Origin: Octopus sinensis
Lineage: Eukaryota
Direction: 5' to 3'
Length of the DNA stretch: 13,835 nt
Assembly: GCF_006345805.1 (NCBI RefSeq)
Contig: NW_021826002.1
Location: 1 to 13,835 of the forward strand
Positions 9,305 to 13,835 of this stretch are shown one piece after another (the first letter of the stretch is position 1; every line of letters starts with the position of its first letter). The notes under the pieces were generated by a model, which did not search any database, had not been told where the DNA came from, and saw only the letters and a program-made list of their open reading frames with translations. The position numbers and the translations under genes are program-made.

Positions 9305-9682
9305 CACTTGCGTCAGAAATTAATTAGCACTTCTCAAATTTCTACATTAAATAGGTTAAATCAATTAACCTATGAGCTGTTCAAAAACGTCTTACGCGAT
9401 GAGAAAACTTAGTATGGTGTGATTTCGGTCCTTGCGAGGCGCTACCTATATCTATTAAACACAGGAAGATTTGTCTGCATCCGCACTCCAAGTTGTTGCA
9501 CTGCTATGTCAACATCATAAGGCTGTAGACTCTCAAACTGCTCTGCAAACAAAGTTACGTCATCGTTCTGCGCAACAGTGAACTCGCAACAAAGCAATAG
9601 TTCGAGATATGGCCACTAGGTGACAGCATATACCTTGAGTGAAGAGCAAATCAAGGGTGCTAATTAATTTCTCACGGTAGTG
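9305..9682. mobile_element. Tc1/mariner-type MITE, 378 bp
   Basis: 26-bp TIRs: CACTTGCGTCAGAAATTAATTAGCAC at 9305-9330 versus the reverse complement of 9657-9682 (CACTACCGTGAGAAATTAATTAGCAC), 23/26 identical. TA flanks both sides (9303-9304, 9683-9684). No transposase ORF. Confidence 0.85.
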
Positions 9683-10014
9683 TATATAGGCACATCATTA
9701 TAAAACCATAGGATTGCATTTATGCATACATAGATTCGTATATGCGTATATCATGTGTGCGAACTGTATGTATAGTGTGCGTACGTACCTACATAGTAGA
9801 GTAGTCTCCCAGAGGAGGCACGATATGGAGGAGAGATTTCTATGTCCGTTCACCTGATGTATTGATAATGTAATGTAAATCTTCGCTTCTTGTTTGTGCA
9901 GTGCATAGCAATGCGGAATGGTGGTATTAGAGTTATTCGCTGGACGAAAGCCTATGACACGCAGAAAGAATCCTCGCATCAGACACCTAGTGGGATTTCA
10001 GCAGTTAAAGATTG

Positions 10015-10049
10015 AGAAGAAGTGGGGGAAGTAGAAGACGAAGAAGAAG

Positions 10050-10081
<32 letters not shown>

Positions 10082-10161
10082 GGAGGAGGAGGAGAAGGAG
10101 GAGGAGGAGAAGAAGAAGAAGAAGAGGAAGTAGAAATAGAAGAAGAAAAAAGAAGAAGAAA

Positions 10162-10192
<31 letters not shown>

Positions 10193-10224
10193 AGAGGAGG
10201 AAGTAGAAATAGAAGAAGAAGAAA

Positions 10225-10256
<32 letters not shown>

Positions 10257-10886
10257 GAAAAAGAAGAGCAGGAGGAGGAAGAAAAGAAACAAGAAGAAGA
10301 AGGAGAAAAAGAAGAAGAAGAAGAAAAGAGAGCAGGAGGAGAAGAAAAAGAAACAAGAGAAGAAGAGAAAAAAAGAGAAGAAAAGAAGAGCAGGAGGATG
10401 AAGAAAAGAAACAAGAAGAAGAAAAGAAGAAGAAGAAGAAGAAGAAGAAGAAGAAGAAGAAGAAGAAAAAGAAGAGCAGGAGGAGGAAGAAAAGAAACAA
10501 GAAGAAGAAGAAGAAGAAGAAGAAGAAGAAGAAGAAGAAGAAGAAGAAGAAGAAGAAGAGCAGGAGGAGGAAGAAAAGAAACAAGAAGAAGAAGTAGAAG
10601 AAGAAGAAGAAAAGAAGAAAAAGAAGAGCAGGAGGAGGAAGAAAAGAAACAAGAAGAAAAAGAAGAAGAAGAAGAAGAAGGAGAAGAAGAAGAAGAAGGA
10701 GAAGAAGAAGAAGGAGAAGAAGAAGAAAGAGAAGAAGAAGAAGAAGAAGGAGAAGAAGAAGAAGGAGAAGGAGAAGAAGAAGAAGAAGAAGAAAAAGAAG
10801 AGCAGGAGGAGGAAGAAAAGAAACAAGAAGAAGAAGAAGGAGAAGAAGAAGAAGAAGAAGAAGAAAAGAAGAAGAAGAAGAAGAAG

Positions 10887-10916
<30 letters not shown>
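10015..10916 (+). repeat. Complex (GAA)n tract with a higher-order unit repeated 7 times
   Basis: Almost purely purine on the + strand. The unit GAGCAGGAGGAGGAAGAAAAGAAACAAG (or close variant) starts at 10266, 10330, 10388, 10474, 10558, 10626 and 10800. Confidence 0.95.
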
Positions 10917-10917
<1 letters not shown>

Positions 10918-11292
10918 CAAAGTGAATAAGAGAGAGAGAGAGAGACGGGTAAGTGTGGCATATGTTCCATTGTGTGCAAAACCTGAGGGTGTGTATTTGT
11001 GTTGGGATGTGTAATGAATTGTTCATCTGCTTAAAAATGCCGAATCTAAATATTATGCATCTATTCCATCTATTAAACGGGGTGTATTTGAATCGTGTTA
11101 ACCAATTGAGCAATAAGGATCCATATTTCAGGCGCCACATTATCCAAAAAGCGCTATAATTAAATATTGATATAAATGGTATACATAAAGCTGAGTGCAT
11201 AATTACAACAATTGCACACGCATCAGTTTTGTGTCCTAATTCTTGGTTCACTTTTATTGCTTCGAAACACACACACACAACACACACACACA

Positions 11293-11381
11293 CACGTCTC
11301 TCTATATCGTCATTCTATTTCGCTTGTTCTTTCCTTTCTATCCACTCAAATTCCATCCGTTTCTACAACTGTACGTATCTT
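11293..11381 (+). repeat. Left arm of an 89-bp inverted repeat (partner 12817-12905)
   Basis: Ungapped alignment to the reverse complement of 12817-12905 with 9 mismatches by manual count (about 90% identity). Confidence 0.9.
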
Positions 11382-11398
11382 GTACGTGTATGTGACTA

Positions 11399-11470
11399 TT
11401 GCGCCTGAAATATAAAGGTTTTTATAAAACGTTCTACAGTGTTAGAAGCTTTCTATTTCCTCTTTCTTAC
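11399..11470 (+). repeat. ~70-bp direct repeat, copy 1 (partner 11973-12042)
   Basis: The first 29 bp (TTGCGCCTGAAATATAAAGGTTTTTATAA) are identical between copies. The rest differs by about 4 substitutions and a 2-bp indel. Confidence 0.9.
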
Positions 11471-11496
11471 ACTATATATATATATATTATATATAT

Positions 11497-11527
<31 letters not shown>

Positions 11528-11838
11528 AATAATAAATATTAGGGATAAATCCAAATTTACAGGGAAAAAATCAGATTTAGGATTAAATCAATTTGTAAAA
11601 TATTATAAATATTATTAGAGACAAAACCACTATTTTGCCCAAAACAAACAAGGAAAGACTTAATCAATACATAAAATTTTTAATAAATAGTCATATATAT
11701 GTATATACATATATATATATATGCGCATATATATATGTATATCTATGTAAATATATATATATGTAGGTCCCGGGTTGATTCGGGGTTAACCACAGTAAAT
11801 AAGGTAACATATAAATGCCAATACAATTCTTGTTAACT

Positions 11839-11889
11839 AGCTTCCTGAAGATTTCTCTTGAATGAAACAGTTCTAGTCCTGTAGAAGCT
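11839..11889 (+). ncRNA. Type I hammerhead ribozyme
   Basis: AGCTTC-CTGAAGA-T-TTC-TCTT-GAA-T-GAAA-CAG-TTCTAGTC-CTG-TA-GAAGCT. Helix I is 6 bp (AGCTTC/GAAGCT), the CUGANGA and GAAA cores are intact, helix III is 4 bp (ACAG/CTGT), the cleavage triplet is GUA, and helix II is 3 bp with a U-U mismatch at its base. Confidence 0.8.
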
Positions 11890-11972
11890 CCTTCTATATA
11901 ATAAATAAATATATATATATATATATGAATATGTATGATTAATGTGTATATATATGTGTGTGCGTGTGTGTG

Positions 11973-12041
11973 TTGCGCCTGAAATATAAAGGTTTTTATA
12001 AGACGTTTTAGTGTTAGAAGCTTTCTATTTCTTTTTTCTTA

Positions 12042-12042
<1 letters not shown>
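11973..12042 (+). repeat. ~70-bp direct repeat, copy 2
   Basis: See 11399-11470. Confidence 0.9.
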
Positions 12043-12043
<1 letters not shown>

Positions 12044-12085
<42 letters not shown>

Positions 12086-12094
12086 GTATATATG

Positions 12095-12127
<33 letters not shown>

Positions 12128-12750
12128 GTGCGTGTTTGTGTTTGAGAGAGAGTGTGTGTGTTATGTGTGAGTATATATATGTATCTGAGTGTGTGTGCGT
12201 GAGTATATGACATGTTAGGGAAAAGCAATAACAGTAATGTTTAATTAAAGCTACAACACTACAATCTTCGCTAATGCTTCTCGCAAACGAGATTGTTCTC
12301 TGAACGAGTTGCAGAGGCTTAACTGTCAATATAATATAATGAGTAGCTTTAATTTTAGTGTAACGGACATAGTTTTCTGCTGTTTGCTCACAGTTACATG
12401 AATGCATACATACACACACAGAGGCTCACATGTATACATAGATGCTCTCGCTCTCTCTCGCTCATGCACCACACACACATAAATGCATACATACATACAT
12501 ACATACATACATTCATACGTACATAATACATACACAAACATGTATATATATATATATATATTACACACATACATACATATACATATATGTATATATATAT
12601 ATATATATACAATATATATATATATCTATATATATATATATAATATATATATATGTGTGTGTGTGTGTGTGCATAATATGTGTGGTGTGTGTATATATAT
12701 ATATATATTATAATATATAATATATTATATATATATTATATATATATATT
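12044..12750. repeat. Compound (AT)n/(CA)n/(TG)n/(TACA)n microsatellite region with a ~200-bp unique spacer (about 12205-12405)
   Basis: Directly visible dinucleotide and tetranucleotide runs. Explains the Y/I/C/V/H/T-rich ORFs. Confidence 0.9.
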
Positions 12751-12816
12751 CACGCGCTGATTAAAACATATATTCATTGTAGTGCATACAAACAATTCCA
12801 AAAAGTTATTGAATAA

Positions 12817-12905
12817 AAGATATGAACAGTTGTAGAATCGGATGGAATTCGAGTGGATAGAAAGTGGAGAACAAGCGAAATAGAATGGCGATATAGACAG
12901 ACGTG
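12817..12905 (-). repeat. Right arm of the 89-bp inverted repeat
   Basis: Reverse complement matches 11293-11381. Confidence 0.9.
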
Positions 12906-13835
12906 GATACCTCTAAAGTATTTTGAACAAAATATATAATAAAAACATACGCGTTTTAGAGAATACATATACAAGAGAATATGAACGCAGGAAACGACAG
13001 AAGTACCAAACTAGATTGGAACGACTAAATTAAATGTTGCGTAAATTATTAAAGAACGGAAAACGATAAAAAGTTTTTTCGACAAGGTCACGCAGAGCGG
13101 CTGTAGGAAAATAACCATTAGATGCTAAAGCTCAGCTCGGTTTTTAGAAACACTGCAGTGTAAACAGATTGTGAATGGCTCATCGTCAATAGTCAGGTAT
13201 TTATTATAAGTGATTTGAACACGTACAGACCGTAACCACCAAATGCTTATCGGTGTTCAGTTGCTAAGAGGAGATTATTAGAGAACAAATATAATGGAAG
13301 ACAAACAAAAGGCTTACATCTAAACATAAATACAATACCATTGTATTTATGCCTAGTTGGTAAGGTTTACTTGTTATATAGGTGACATTCTTAGGTATCT
13401 TTGGATTCACTTCCTCACATAAAGAGTGTATATCAATTTAATTTCTTTTCTTTTTCTTTCCTAGATTACCTCGTATCTATCGTCTTTAGTTTAGGAGAAT
13501 TTGTTCACAATGCAATTTACTTAGGTCTCCATTGTTTTACTAATACTCCCATAAATTCCATGGAATAAACAATGATATCATAAACCTCAGATTTATAATT
13601 ACCATTTTTTTTTACAGCAATTTTAGGCTTCAATTCCAGTAGTATTGCTAACAAAAAATATATACAATTACATTTATTATAACTAGTAATACTTCCCTAT
13701 TGAGAGTCATTTAAAATGCTGGTCTTGAGGCTTCTAATATATAGTTATAGTACTCAGTCGCTGCTTTGTGTTTGTGTTAGTCAAACAAAAGAATAAATTA
13801 TTAAATTGTCTGCATTCAATAATCAGTACAAGATC

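Noticed and set aside
9979-11293. ORFs of 175-431 aa
   Set aside because: Same microsatellite artefact; frequent frame slips.
13150-13161. 12-bp palindrome ACACTGCAGTGT
   Set aside because: An isolated palindrome of this size is not unexpected in 14 kb, and there is no supporting context.
13442-13464. Strong polypyrimidine-AG acceptor-like site (a similar one at 1605-1619)
   Set aside because: Downstream frames stop quickly or have no good donor, so no exon can be supported.

Overview
AT-rich, repeat-dense, non-coding eukaryotic DNA. No protein-coding gene is supported; all long ORFs in the track lie over microsatellites or SINEs. From memory, the two tRNA-derived SINE families look like those abundant in octopus genomes, so the host is probably a coleoid cephalopod (inference, not a database result). 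Contents: three insertions of SINE 'family A' (one a TSD-flanked dimer), three copies of SINE 'family B', a Tc1/mariner-type MITE, a Penelope-like inverted element, two ~0.9 kb GAA-based complex tracts, and several local direct and inverted repeats. Three things stand out. (1) A near full-length 5.8S rRNA copy is fused head-to-tail to a family A SINE, and the pair is inserted as one unit (14-bp TSD) inside a family B SINE. (2) A near-canonical type I hammerhead ribozyme lies at 11839-11889, between two ~70-bp direct repeats. (3) A decayed minimal hammerhead with a palindromic helix III lies at 2651-2696, inside the TSD-flanked Penelope-like element.
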